The notes below the pieces were generated by a model that saw only the letters and a program-made list of their open reading frames with translations, searched no databases and had not been told where the DNA came from. A stretch of DNA of 62,720 nt, the filler included, from Hausera hauseri (Eukaryota): NCBI GenBank assembly GCA_046269625.1. It is 10 parts of 10 records of this genome, joined end to end, with 100 filler letters (N's around TTAATTAATTAA, not from the genome) between each part and the next. Parts side by side here need not be neighbours in the genome. Positions count along the whole stretch, not along the records: positions 1 to 4,480 come from JBJURY010560451.1; positions 4,581 to 9,670 come from JBJURY010339047.1; positions 9,771 to 14,453 come from JBJURY010476576.1; 7 more parts are not named here. The stretch is one strand, 5' to 3'. The translations under genes were made by a program, and so were the position numbers. Below are positions 1-13,428 of the stretch, piece after piece; the stretch's first letter is position 1, and every line of letters begins with the position of its first letter.

Positions 1-2026
1 GTAACCGCTTTGTGGTCGGTAACGATTATAATTCTCTGCCCGTAGACATAAACGTTAAAATGTCGTAAAGCTTCCTTTACAGCTAGCGTTTCTAATTCTA
101 TAACCGAATATTTCTTCTCAGCTTTCTTTAGTGATCGACTTCCATAAGCAGTCGGATGTTCTAGCTATTTGTCTTCTCATTTCTGAGCTAATTCGTATAC
201 AACGCCTTCTTTACTGGTGTCAGTTTTAATTATAAATGGTAGATTAAAATCAGGATACCTTAATATAGGTTCGTTGGTTAAGATTTTCTTCATTTCATCG
301 AAAGCTTTTTGTTCGATATTGGTCCATTTCCATTTAATTCCTTTTTTGACTAAACGATACAAGGGTGCATTTATTTTCGATTTGTCTGGTACATAAGTGG
401 CATAATAACCACCTAGACCTAACCAATGTCTTAATTCCTTCTGGTTCTGAGGTTCTCTACAGTCCGATATTTTGTTTAACATTGACTTATCGGGTTTGTA
501 TCCTCCTCCAACTATATGTCCAAGATACTATACTGCATTTTGAACCAATTTACATTTTTTAAGATTCAGTTTCAAGTCTGCTTTCTCCACTCTCATGAGT
601 GTGTCCTCGATATTTTTAAATGTTTTTCTTCCGTTTTTGATGCGATCATTACGTCGTTCAAGTATGCAAACGCGTGTTCCAGTCCCATCAGCATTTTTGT
701 CATCATTCGAGTAAAGATAATTGGTCCGGTAGTTATCCCGAATGTCATAATGTTAAATTTGTATACACCGTCGTGTGTCTTAAATGCGGTTTTATAGCGC
801 TTTTCCTCTATCTCTACTTGCCAATATCCAGATTGTAGATCTAGCGTGGTAAACCATTTAGCTCCCGAAAGTCTGTCCAAAGCTTCCTTTACTGATGGTA
901 ACGGAAAAGAGTCCTTCATCATAAGTGTATTTAAGGCTCGATAGTCGATACAAAACCGGTGCTTACTGGTACCTTTCTTCTTAACCATAAGTATAGACGA
1001 GTTCCAAGATCGGCAGCTTGATCTAATTATGTCGGCATTTAACATTCGTTCTACTTCCTTAGTTATTTCTGGCCTTAACGAGTGTGGAGGAGGGTACCAT
1101 TTCGGCATCTTTTGATCCTCTAAGTCTATTTCGTCGTTCGATCCAGGCTTTTCTTAATCGGAATCGTGAGTCTTAAAGTTTTGGCTCGGCCAATATCTTC
1201 TTCGTTTCTTGCGATAATTGAACTATAACGACAAAGAAATTTGTAAAATCGACAAAATGATTCTGGTGAAAACTTAATCTCCTCGTGGGGCGGAAATTTG
1301 GCGCCCTTATGGTTTCTCCTCAACAGTGATTGATGATACTCTACACGTGTGTCCCAAAGTGGTATTGGCGTACAATTTAGTCGGGTTTGGTGCATTATTG
1401 GCTATCCTGATTGGCACACGGCCTGTCGATACTCTTGTCAAAACATTACTGAGTACGAGGTTTGGATCGAGTGATTCTTTTGGTTTGAAATATACTGGCT
1501 GATCGTCATCTTGACGTATCTGAGCATATATTAGTATTACTGTTCTGGGTGGTATGGTTTCATCCACTGGAATCCACACTTCTCCAAATTTTTTGTCTTT
1601 TGTGGTTTTAACGCCTTTTATCGGGCCGAGTTCTATCAACTTGTCTGCATTGAAATCGATTGCCATATTGGGTAATTGCCTCAATAGGTCACATCCTAAC
1701 ACTACATTATCCGTTAATTGCTCCATTACTGAAAATTCGTGATGAAAAATTTGTCCCATTATGAGAATTTCTGGTTTCCAACGAAATTTACTTTTCGGCG
1801 ATTGTCCGAAGGCTCCGATACTTTCTGGGTCCGTCGTAGGAGGTGGATATAATTGTTTTTGTAAGAATTGTGGTATCGAATCATATTTTATCAGTGATAT
1901 TTCAGATCTTGTATCTATTAGTGCATAAACCTCCCAATCTTCCAATTGAATCTTTGCGAAGGGCTTGCCTTCAATTACTGTACCGTAATAGTTTGGTGCT
2001 ATCTTGGGTTGTCGTATGGTGGACAC
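1..2026 (-). pseudogene. pol: Decayed Ty3/gypsy pol (aspartic protease - RT - RNase H)
   Basis: Protease motif ALIDTRSEISLI (DTG changed to DTR). RT motifs RFCIDYRALN, LDLQSGYWQ and AYLND (YxDD changed to YLND). RNase H motifs IIKTDTS and AVKEALRHF. Broken over ORFs 1307-2026, 1126-1395, 593-1108 and 177-482 by frameshifts and stops. Confidence 0.95.
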
Positions 2027-2461
2027 TTTGTAACCGTGGATGGTAACTTCGGTGGTTCCAACTGGCTGCTCGACTAATTGTCTTAACTCTCCATTTGGGT
2101 ATAGTGCGTTATTCGTTTCATTCGTGTTTTCTACTCTCTGGTTTCTAACTGGCGGCTGAACATCTGAGGTTCGGAGATTTCCTGCTTCATGGCTTTGAGT
2201 AAATATCGATTGCGTTTCGTTTGGCTTAGGTATTCTGGACGAGTAAATTATACCGTGGTCGTCGACTGCTGGTCTATGGTTTGGAACTGAGGTTTTCTCT
2301 GTTTCGTGGATCTTACGCAGTATCCCATAGCGTTTTGTTCCTTAGTAAGGATCCTCTAAACTAAACGGCTCCCGATAGATGTCTGTCTGGCACGAACTTA
2401 GATTGTTTCTTACAATCTTCATACATAGGCGCCGTTGGCGGCAATATGGGTAATGGTAGTT

Positions 2462-4075
2462 TCATAGCGGAGTAATTTTTGTGCCTGTTTGGCCTGAAGA
2501 GGACGTCTCCTCCCTTAGGCTCGTCATCATCTGAATTATTTCTTCGTGTCTTACTAAGAATTTTTGCCTGTAATTAGTTACGCGTCTTTTACGTTTCCTA
2601 TTGTGATAGCCAACATGTCGTTTTACATTTGTTTTCCATTTATTCTCTTCATAGGCCTTTAAGAATTTGCCGAAAGGAGTGATAATAGCCGTTAAAATTT
2701 TGCACGAAAATCCTGCCAAGGTAAATATCTCGTATCCATTTATGATTGACTGAATTATAGCTTTTACCAGTTGAATTAAAAAATATATCGCTAGAAATCC
2801 TGACGCGGCTTGTCCTAATATTAGGAATCTTCCCCAAATTTTGTATAATATTTCTGTAGTTACCTTCTTATAATAGCCAACACCAAGTAAAGACTCCAAT
2901 TTCGCCTGGTAGCGCGAGTCCTCTAATATTGTATGCATTGCTCTGTTTAATTCATGAGTATGTTGGCGGGGAAAAGCGAAAAATTGTCTAAAAGTCTCGA
3001 CTTCTTTTGGTCGATAAATACCTTTTGCGGCTGTATCTTGAAACTTATCGTCGGTTATTCCTTTTATTAGGTTTGTTTTTGTCAGCTTGGTAGGTGGTGC
3101 GATAATACCACCATTCGGTAGACTTACCCAGTCGGTCTCGCTCCGTCTGAACATTGGCTCTTCTAAGCTAGTTTTGCAATCTCTCAAAATTGTCGGTTGA
3201 GTAGAGGTTGCCAACAACACTCTGGTAATCGGTGTTACTAATCGCGGTACGTCCTTATATATCACTGGAAGTTCTTGTATACACCTCTTTTCTTCCACGT
3301 TGATCGGTACGTCTTTCTTCTCACACTCATACGTCAATGAAATCGCTGCAGTTACTCGTCCAAAAACATCTTCCTTCATTGGAATTATTGGTGATGCCAA
3401 CTCAGGATTTACGTATATCAGAGCTAGTTTAGTTCTCATGATTTCCAAGTCCAATTTACAGTCGTTTGTTATCATCTTGTGGTACAATTCGGCTATTCCG
3501 GCTTGTCCTTTACAGTAGAAATAGTCGTCTCTGTTCTTTAAATAGTCTTCAATCCGGATGTCCTGAGTCTAGAGTTTGAACGTTCTGGCATTTATTTCTG
3601 TCTCGGCTACGAAAAATGCTTCATAGTTGGTGGCATACATTATGACGTCACATCTGGTAAGCATCACTTTCTTTACAAATTTTAATCCATGAGTATCAGA
3701 AATTAGTATAGTAGGTGTGGACTGTTCGGCTACATCCTCTCGTGTTTTAGAGTTAGTTTCTGTAGTACTTATGCATCGTTTTTCCGTTGTCTCATTGAAT
3801 TTAAGCTCTTTAATTCTGATAAAGTTGCAATCGGTCTTTGCTGGAGGTTCCCAAATTACTACAGAACTTTGAAACAAGCATGTGCCATCCTAATTGTGGC
3901 ACTTGTGATTCTAGGTGTAAATTTTAGAAACACTATGAAACATCACTGTTTGCATGCGCATTTTGGTTTCGTAAAAATCCACTACCACGACGTTTGACTC
4001 TAATCCTTTTCCGGTATCGTATTCTGTACCTTGACAATGTCCGGTGTGCATATCTAGTCTTCCTGCTGCCACTTT
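2462..4075 (-). pseudogene. env: Env-like glycoprotein, chuvirus-G / class III fusogen-like (C-terminal two-thirds)
   Basis: Cys-rich ectodomain (GHCQG, VIWEPPAKTDC, TYECEK, RCIQELPV) and a C-terminal membrane region FLILGQAASGFLAIYFLIQLVKAIIQSIINGYEIF, typical of chuviral G and the retroelement-captured versions of it. Paralogous to 50090-51544. Confidence 0.8.
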
Positions 4076-4480
4076 ATACACCCTGTGGAGGATTTAAAAT
4101 GGGTATCTTATTATAAACAAATGCACCATATATTCTAAATGCCCCATTACTAATTAGATGTTTGCTGGGCCCATAACTAGCAAACTTTATTCCCTTCATT
4201 ATCTGTGTTTTTTCTTTTAAACTTGACCTTAATTTCGTAGACACCGGTTTATATATCCCCATATACCCTTTACCCAATATATAATAATATATAATATTCC
4301 TCAAATCAATTTCTTTAGTTTTCGCAGTTATTGATATCGGAGGGCTGCTCTCCGGGGGAATTTCTCCACCATTAACTTTGTGTCCCAAAACATACATACT
4401 GAGTTTATCATGCATACTCACAGCACAACCCCTGGCAGGGTCCACAAAACAGAAAAAACAAGAGTAACGAATAACAATAC

Positions 4481-4580
4481 NNNNNNNNNNNNNNNNNNNN
4501 NNNNNNNNNNNNNNNNNNNNNNNNTTAATTAATTAANNNNNNNNNNNNNNNNNNNNNNNNNNNNNNNNNNNNNNNNNNNN
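4481..4580. other. Artificial contig linker
   Basis: N44-TTAATTAATTAA-N44, with stops in all six frames. Confidence 0.99.
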
Positions 4581-4749
4581 CTGACATTTCATGATCAATC
4601 TTGTAATATGTAATGTAAATAAGGTAAATTTGTGGTAAATTACATTTATGTGCATCATTCATTGGCAAATTTTATTTTTTTACTTTATTAAAAATCACAA
4701 CACTGTATATATACCATACATTCCCACGCGCATTAGGACATTTTCTCCG

Positions 4750-7600
4750 ATTGAGACACAGTTGAGGTTTTGTACAGTTGACCACGCTGATTTCAAAAAT
4801 GAACTCGAAAATGTTCCATGACAAGAGGAACACCTTCCGGTTTTAGTTGAAAATCACAAAATGTAAACCGTATGTGTAGTTTTCGCTGAATAGCTTTTTA
4901 TATACTCACTAGATGACGCCTTAATTAAAATTTAAAGTGGGCGATTTTGATCCGTTTGTTTTACCAAAAAATAAAGTTAATTTTTGAAGCCCTTTACCCG
5001 AGCTTCCGCTTACTGAACTACTGAAGCGCTCAAGTTGTGAGACATTTCCGTTTCTTAAAGTAAAACAAGTATACCAGTTAACAAAGCAGTTATTTCTCAA
5101 TTAGTCGAGGCCTTTGCAATCGATAAAGCATTCCAACGCATTTGCTGAATAACGGTATGCTATTTGGAATTTACGAACCAGATATCATTATTTCGAGATA
5201 TTTTTCTGTTGCGGTGCCCTTAACTCGGCTCAACGTAGTCGAGCATGGGAGCCTAAGATTGGTGCCTTTTGTTTGGAATTTTACGAACATTTAATATTAA
5301 TTTTGGAGATTCTACTATCAGCAAGACTTTACAATCAAGCCTACCTGTACAGAATGATTTCAGCAATACGTTATGTTGTCATCAATAACGTAAAGCCAGG
5401 ACCACTGTCACAGGCAACATGAGTGACAACAGTCAGCAGCGTTTGCCGTCTGTATGTGTCGGCAAAAGAACCAAGTCCAGAACTCTGCTCCCTGACCAAG
5501 TTCGTCGCATGTCATTATGGATCGATGTGGTTCGATAACACGTGTCGTCCACGTGTCACTTTCTCGTATCAGTCAAGTTACAGAGAACGCTCCCTTATAA
5601 CATCAAGAACATCGTTTGGCCCGTCATTCATAAGAATGCCTACTGGGCACACGAAGAGAACGTTCTATTGGTAATGTTGACAGATGGAAACTTGTCGACT
5701 TGTCAAGCCGACATCGACAGAATCAAGTCAATCCAACATGCAATCAGCAACAAGTCAGGCAGTTCGTGTCTCCTCAGGTTAAAGAATCTATCGATACACT
5801 ACAAGATCTACTTCTACCAGGTGTCTGTGAACTTCCGCTCACCATGAAATTGTCTATTGAACAGCTGGAAAGATTCGATAAACAACCAATTATCGTCGAG
5901 ATACCATGTCATTCACAGGGAGTTGAACGTTGTTTGAAAATAGTAACAGATACGTCTTCTCATGTTTATGGTATGGAGACAAGAGACCTTCTTTCACGTG
6001 TAATTGAACGTTATGTAAACTGTTTGCATTTGGTATGAAAAACATTGTAGCTAACTTTTCTTATACCGTAATACGTTATGGAGTTTTAAGCTATTCATTT
6101 ATTTGCAGTTAAAACTCAAGTAAAACCGGGGGCGATTTTTTTTTGAAAAATTATAAAAACAGCTATTTTTGGTAACGGGTGGTCACTAAAAATCTGGAGT
6201 AAATTGTTACATGCTCTATTGTATCTGATGCAAACAAATTTAAAAGTTTGTTTATTTGGTTTAAGTGGTTGTTAATATACTTGAGGAAAATTCAAATTGC
6301 TGCTTGATTCATAACGCCTATTCACAAATGCAACATTTGAATGAAAAACAACGCCGTGAACTTATCGTACATTACAGAGAAAATCATCCACAAGACATTA
6401 ATTATTCCATCACCAAGTACTTCAAAAGTTAGGAATTCCTGAGTCTATATCATATTCCATCCTGAGTCGCTATGCGGAACGTGGTGAAGTTGCGAGAGCT
6501 ACTGGATGTGGAAGACCTGCACAACTAATGTCCTTAAACGACATTAACTCTTGGTGAAATACTATAGTAAATTCAAAGGGTGCCTCTCAACGACATCTAG
6601 CCTGTAAATATGAAAAATCGAAGAACTACATTGCCAAATTCTGCATAAACAAGGCGTGCACTGCTTCAAGAAATCAAAATGCCCAAAAGTTGCCAAAAAG
6701 CAGAAATCCCAACGTGTAAGAATCGATCATCACTACCGTCATCTGACTAGCGGAAATTTGGAATCGCCATCAATAGTGATGGATGACGAACCGTATTGAG
6801 TTAAATGGCGAACGCATGTCAGGCGACATACACTATTATTATACAAGTCTAGCGGCTACGTCATCTATCCAGAAGTTTGTACCTTGGCAAAATTTGGACC
6901 AAACCTTCTTGTGTGGGCTGCCATCAACAACATGGGAATTTCACACCTATACTTTCTTCCTTCTGGTGGTGCACTCAAAGCAGAGACGTATAGTCTCGAG
7001 AGCATGGTAAAGAGATTCAATCTCTTTATAGATGCCTATCATAGCAATGGCAATTACCTCTTGGCCCGATCTAGCTTCATGCCATTATGCGACATCTACA
7101 GTCACAGTTCTGGAGGATCTGAACATTCAGTACGTCACCAAGGATATGAATCCCCCTAACTGTCCTCAGCTGCGGCCTATAGAGGACTTGTGGGGTTGGC
7201 TCAAGCAGTTTGTCTATGAGAAAAGATGGATTGCAACTGGACTTGATCAGCTCAAGAGAATCAAGTATTGTATAAGGAAACTTGACATGGATGTTGTACG
7301 TGATATGACGTAAAAAGTGCAGTAAACCATTTGCAAAGCACGGACACAAGGAACTAAGTCACGATTGCATTAGTATAGTTGTCTTTGTTAATAATAGAAT
7401 CACTATTCTGCGTTTTTGAATTCGAGACCGAACTTAATGCTCCCATGTGAAAGCACAAAATAGTTTACTCCAGATTTTTAGTGACCACCCATTATTTTCG
7501 AAGTCAACCAGGGGATTGTTCCATTTGTTTTATCAAAAAATAAAGTTCATTTTTGAAATCAACATGTTTAAGTTAACAAATCCCCAGATGTACCTCAAAA
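4750..7600 (+). mobile_element. Decayed DNA transposon (possibly Sola-like) interrupted by a DD37E element
   Basis: Transposase remnants YWAHEENVLLVML and IPCHSQGVERCLKIVT (about 5200-6040). Inverted subterminal repeats gatttcaaaaatgaact (about 4790) and agttcatttttgaaatc (about 7544). Superfamily and exact ends are uncertain. Confidence 0.5.
6175..7492 (+). mobile_element. Tc1/mariner superfamily DD37E-type transposon, decayed
   Basis: TIRs gggtggtcactaaaaatctggagtaaa / tttactccagatttttagtgaccaccc with TA on both sides. Motifs MDDE, WPDLASCHY and NPPNCPQLRPIEDLW. Confidence 0.9.
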
Positions 7601-7689
7601 TCACCCATTTCACTACACCGAAACACATTTGTACTTCTATAATTTAGTGTTCACTAGATCACCCAACTTAACTGTCTAGAACTAACACT

Positions 7690-8235
7690 AATGAAGATAC
7701 AAAATACAACACAACATGAACACGAATAATTTACCCAATAGATGATGCAGTAGAATCTATATCCGAAGGTAGACACTGTAGAAGGAAGAAAATTAACCTT
7801 TACGGAATTCGAGAACTACAAACACCTGATTAAACAAGGATTATTTCTGACCAAGAAAAACGAATATTACCTAAACTGTGGATTATGCTTAAAGGAAACT
7901 TATTTGTTAGAGGATATTGACCAACGATGTCTAGATAGATTAAATGCATCCAAATGTGATTATTCGATGTTTGAAACCCCTAATGGTAGAGTGAAGAAAC
8001 TGTCAGGTAAAATATGGAGTATCCGAAATCCAATATGAAATGTACCAGGAAGGCCGATTGACCATATCAATAATAGCGTTATACACAGAGAGGCGAATAT
8101 ACAATATATCAAATATCAGATCATGACCCAACAAAATTTATCCCCAAGAGCATTCGAATTACTTTAAAATCTCAATTTCATTTTCCCCGAAGAGGAAGAA
8201 AAATTTGAATGCCGTTTATGAATTATACTTTAATG
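7690..8235 (+). pseudogene. IAP-like fragment (degenerate BIR plus linker), paralog of 37060-37615
   Basis: Translates to GRKLTFTEFENYKHLIKQGLFL...NCGLCLKETYLLEDIDQRC...SKCDYSMF and AFELL.NLNF, matching RKLTFKENKDNKHLANQGL...RETCLLENIDQRC...SKCMYSIY and AFELLQNLDF in contig 7. Confidence 0.8.
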
Positions 8236-9039
8236 GCCTTGAATGGGTCATTTGCTTGTGTTCATTTGAAAACTCGCCTGACTAATTAAATTTGGCGAAT
8301 TTGAGTTTTCGACGAGAATCGGGAAATGTTTATTGATTGTTGGGTTTCCCGAGGTTAAGGGGAACTGGCAATTTATGTAAATGAATTTGGAATTTCCAAA
8401 TTTCGATAATTAAATTTACCTTGAAGTCGTAAAGATATGGAAATTCGCTTTGCTGCAAGAATAGTTAAATTGAATTGGGCAAACGGTTTATGTAAATCAA
8501 TTTGGGATTTCCAACAATCCTTGCAATTTGAACTTTTAATATTAATTAACCATAGGATTTTGGTTCATAATTTTGATGTTGACAATCAAGACTCCAAACG
8601 TAACGTATCTATCACTAAAATACCGATATAAAAAATTTGGTTTAATATTAGTGTACTTTGGAACAAAATTGATATATTGTGTCATAATTGATTTATCGAG
8701 CAGGATCGCAGTGGTACATTTTTCGTCAACATAAATCTTTCAATTTCAGATATTTCAATTGATTTTCGAAATATTCATATATCAATGTTTTTGCTGGCAA
8801 CATTTGAGTTCAGTTGGTCAATTTGGCGAATATTGTTGGTTCAAAATTCAGAAATTCCGCACAGAATATGATGTCGAAAATTTCAGGGTGCAATGGTTCG
8901 TTTACTTTAAGGTCGACCGAGCACCCCAAAATGTCGGAGTATGTTGGTCACTGTTCCTCTTTTAATAAAATTCAGAGTAATACCGGAATTGCACAATATA
9001 TAAACAACAAGGTTCATCAAAATCCAACTCGGCAGAGTT

Positions 9040-9670
9040 AAATGCGCATCTACCCGGGACGATCGGACCATAATAATGGTCAAGAATCCATTTATATCAT
9101 CCCGAGAAATTCAGTCAACGTTGCCAAAAGAATGTCGTGATTCGTCTCCGAATATTCGCCGACGTCTGGTTGATGCAGGATTACATTCAAGAAAACCGGC
9201 TAAAATGTCATTCTTAAGAGACTTACAGAAGCGTAAACGTTTGACCTTTAGGCGAAAGTACAATGATTGGTCGCCCGAGCAGTGAGCTGAAGTCTACTTC
9301 AGTGACGAATCCTGCTTTCAACACATGACGTCCCTAGTAAGTCAACGTTATTCAACGCAATTCACTGTTCCTGACTCAATAATTGTTTGGGCATGTTTTG
9401 GAGCTAAAGGGAGAGGATCAATCTGGTTTCTTCCTAAAACGCCAAAATGAACTCAGAGAAGTACATTGATTCACAGAAAAACTTCCCGCATTCCTTGCAA
9501 AATGCTAATGACATTTTTCAGCAAGATACCGCACCATGCTGTGTCAAAGCGGTCTATGGCATGGTTTCGAGCAAATAACATTCGTCTTCTGGACTGGCCA
9601 GGTTCCAGTTCAGATTTAAATCCTCTGGAGAATTTATGGATGGAATTTAAAAGAAATTGTAGTCACTCAA
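9040..9670 (+). mobile_element. Tc1-like (DD34E) transposase fragment
   Basis: FSDES, IVWACFGAKGRG and WPGSSSDLNPLENLW motifs across broken frames. Confidence 0.9.
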
Positions 9671-9770
9671 NNNNNNNNNNNNNNNNNNNNNNNNNNNNNN
9701 NNNNNNNNNNNNNNTTAATTAATTAANNNNNNNNNNNNNNNNNNNNNNNNNNNNNNNNNNNNNNNNNNNN
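9671..9770. other. Artificial contig linker
   Basis: N44-TTAATTAATTAA-N44. Confidence 0.99.
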
Positions 9771-10149
9771 TGGATTTTGTACAGATAATTACAACTAAAT
9801 TATGTACGGAAAATAACATAATCGTTGGTAAGTTAACGCCAAAATAAAATTACAAAATTGTACAACAATGTATCTACAATATTTGAAATTGGGTGATTAA
9901 CAGAATGGTATTAACGAAAATGCAAAATCCGAAGTTTCCCAACTGAATATGTCACCAAACAAAATTCCAAAATTTTCTGTGAATTTAGCAATGGAGTAGT
10001 TAAAATTTTGTTGTGCGAGGTTGAGGGATCGACGGAATTGAACTAGGTGCTAAAATTGTAAATTGACGAAAATTTGATTAACAGTGTGTTGTAATTTGAA
10101 TTGTGATGAGTAGGATTCGGAATGTCTTTTTTTCTTCAGCTAATATAAG

Positions 10150-10660
10150 CACCACAATCCGGAAGCAGCTTGAAGAAGAGACCTGTCTCATGCCCGTTGA
10201 AGATGTTTTTCGATTCGTTGAATTTCAAGAGATGGCAGCTATGTAGAGATTCAATGGTTGACAGTTTGCTGACGCAGAGCATTGGCTTCATCACTGATGA
10301 TACGAAACGTTACATCCTTCCACATCTTAAAACGATCGAGCCAGCCTTTAGAAAAACGGAAATTTTTAGTGCCCAAGTCTTCCGCCAAGTTTATCGGTTT
10401 CTCTCCCAAGAGTCCTAGATTGTTTCAGCCATAAGAATGGCGCATCTTCTTTTTAGAATGTACATTTAAGCTGGTGTTTTTTTTATCTCCAAACGACTGC
10501 TGAATGTTGGACTTTTCGTGAATTTTCATACCATCGAAGTAGTAGAACTGTCAAGCTTCATTTCATTTCCAGGGAAGAAATCGATTGCCCCGGTTTTAGG
10601 CTCCGTACGATTTTCTTCTTTTTCTTGAGTGAGAAAAGAACACTTAGTCGTCATCATTTG
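10150..10660 (-). mobile_element. pogo/Tigger-like transposase fragment
   Basis: The minus strand gives GWLDRFK (CENP-B HTH) and IFNGHETGLFFK (similar to IFNxDETGL). A pogo-like terminus (cagtaaaacctcgctaatacga, minus strand) with subterminal repeats lies at about 11750-11860. Confidence 0.7.
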
Positions 10661-12108
10661 TACCGCTGAAAATTATTTTGCATTGGCAGTACAGTACACA
10701 GTTTAAAGCACACACACATATAGATGAGTCATGTCTACATATGTTTGGAGCGACATACAAAAAGTGGAAGAGATGATGCAGTCCGAGTGGTTTATCTCTT
10801 CTCTGCCCGTATCTATGGCGTGCATGAACTAGTGACTACATTCAGTTTCTTACATGGATTAATGCCTTCCGTTTTAGGGCCATGTCCTGTCTACAGTACA
10901 AGACAAACTATCCGATGCTTGTTTTTGCTTGTACAAAGCCGTCTTTCTTATTTAAAATCATTCTCCTGGACTGTGTCAAAAATTTTTACACAAGATTTTG
11001 GCAGAATACAACCTAAAAATATTATTTAATCCCGGTTTACTCAGAATTGAAATATTCGGTTTACTTCGTGCCTAAATCACAAAGGGATTACAAAAAGTTT
11101 CTCTTAAACGTTTTCCCTCCACATAGAACCTCTGACTATATCAACCATTGGATTTACGAATTCTTAGCTAAAAGTACTCCAGAACAGATTCGTTCTGAAA
11201 CGCAATACAGAGTTATAAATTTAAATACTGACGTGCCTATTTGGATAGAATTCAAATAGCAAGAGACAAGAATCCAAATAAAACTTTCGTGTAAAGTTGA
11301 AATTTTGGACAGAGAACCAACAGGCGTAAAAACCGGACGCAGATCTTTCTTAAAAAATGGTATATCTTCGTCAGCCCCAGCATTAAATGTTTCAGCCACA
11401 GATGATGTTATTTACTTCAAGGACATTATACCATCAGTAGTTAACTGTTGATTCATTTCTATGTAATTATTGGTGCTAATTACTTAATCTGCATCATCTC
11501 TTTCTTTTAAGTTTCGTTCAATTGTAATGATATTAGTTAGGCGGTGTCAATAATCCATTTTTCGGCGTATCAAATTCACGTTCTTTGCTTAGAAATTTCT
11601 TTTATATCACTTTTAAGGCATAAGTTTACTTATAAAGTAATTCAAAAAAATTAAATAACTTCACAATTTTAAAAGACTAATTTATTGATTTGTTAATTTG
11701 TATTGATTTGTAAACATCTTGCAATAATGCAATAATGATCAGAAAAAGTATCGTATTATCAAGTTGTCGTATTATCGTGGGATTTTTAAATCTTTCTACC
11801 GGGACTGGAGTCAGGTATCGGATAATCAAGGTTGGTATCGTATTAGCGAGGTTTTACTGTATAAGCTTGGATTTATTAAAAATTACGTAAAATTATTGTA
11901 AATATTATCGTTTTTTGTAATTAATTTGTACAAATTTCGATTTTTCAGCTTCAAATAATAAGGGTTATCGGTTGAGCCGATATGCCGTACTGAGAGAAAT
12001 ATTCTTGTATTCAGTTTAAAAATAGATTATTTTGTTTAGTGGTGACATCAAATTGTAATAATGGACATATTTACTCTGAGTAGTTTGTAAAATAATTATT
12101 GGATATTA

Positions 12109-13376
12109 CACAGTGTATTCAAAAAGTTCCAGGAAAAGTCAAACAGACTATATAACATAGAAAATATACGCATAATTGGTGTCGGGCTTCTATGTAGTCT
12201 CCCTCAATTCGATGCACTTCTGGAACAAGTATACGGGTCCGTAAACGCATTCTGGAAACCCTCCGATTCAATACCGTTAAGGTCCCTTGTCACCACCGCT
12301 TAGATCGCCTCCACCGACTCGTACCGCCGCCCCTTCATCTTCAGTTTCAACTTGTTAAACAAAAAGAAGTCCGGCGGGAGTATCTGCAGAATATGTGGTC
12401 GATGCAAGTAATCTGCCTCCTTGCCAAAAATTGCTGTACATAGATGAACTTATGAGATGGTGCATTGTCGTGCAATAAGAACCAATTTCTATTGTCCAAC
12501 AATTAGGGCCTCAAACGCCGTATTCTTTTCAAAAGCTGATGCAAAACATTTTTGTAGAATGCTCCAGTCATAGTAGAACGTTGACGATAAAATTCTCGAT
12601 GAATTATGCCCCTATTTTAGAAAAAAGTGATCAATATTGTTTTGGTTTTCGATTTGAAAGCGCGAACTTTCATCTGCCGGCCCTTATCTGGACTTCTCTC
12701 CTCAGCATTTTGGCGTTTTATCTCCGCATCATATTCGAAACATCACGAGTCGTCTCCGGTGACAATGTTTTGCAAAAAATTTAATCCGCATCGGACATGG
12801 CAATAAAATCTTTTAGGAAATTCTGTGTTCTTTTTGCTCGAGGTGAGAGAGTGCGACACAAATCTTCCGTCATGATCGTAAAAACTGATCCCACACTCAA
12901 GTTTAACGACTCGGCAATCATTTATATCGTCATTCGGCGGTCTAACCTCACCAACGCTTGCACACGGCCAACATTCTCCTGATTTCGACTCGAACATGGA
13001 CGACCCAATCTCTCATCATCTTCTGTCGATTCTTTTCCAGCTTTAAACCTCGAAAACCATTCAAACACTCGCGAACGACTCATAGTATCATCACCATATG
13101 CAGATTTAATCATTTCGTACGTCTCTGTAGCCGATTTGCCTAATTGAAAACAAAATTTAATGTGCGTACTTTGCTCCACTTTTTTCCCATGACAAGAACA
13201 TACAGAGACTTTATACATAGATGAACGCAGACAAGTCTGAAGTTGTCAGAAATGACTGAAACTTTGTATAGGCATGGCTGAATGGCGTTTCTACGTGATA
13301 CCATTTGTCGGATACAGCTATCACCACTTGTACCGTTTTATGAGCGGTAGTTCTGGAACATTTTGAATACATTGTG
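12109..13376 (-). mobile_element. mariner (DD34D) element, near full length, decayed
   Basis: TIRs cacagtgtattcaaaaagttcc / ggaacattttgaatacattgtg. Motifs GKSATETYEMIKSAYGDDTMSRSRVFEWFSRFK, IVTGDD, LHDNAPSH and PDFFLF. Confidence 0.93.
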
Positions 13377-13428
13377 CAGAAGACATTCATATATCCAGGA
13401 AACATTGTCAACTATGTACCTACTATTA

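Noticed and set aside
4076-4480. 123-aa ORF as the env N-terminus
   Set aside because: It does not match the env N-terminus seen at 51100-51544, so it appears to be unrelated sequence at a truncation junction.
10724-11399. Short ORFs between the pogo-like fragments
   Set aside because: No recognisable motifs, so no product can be supported.
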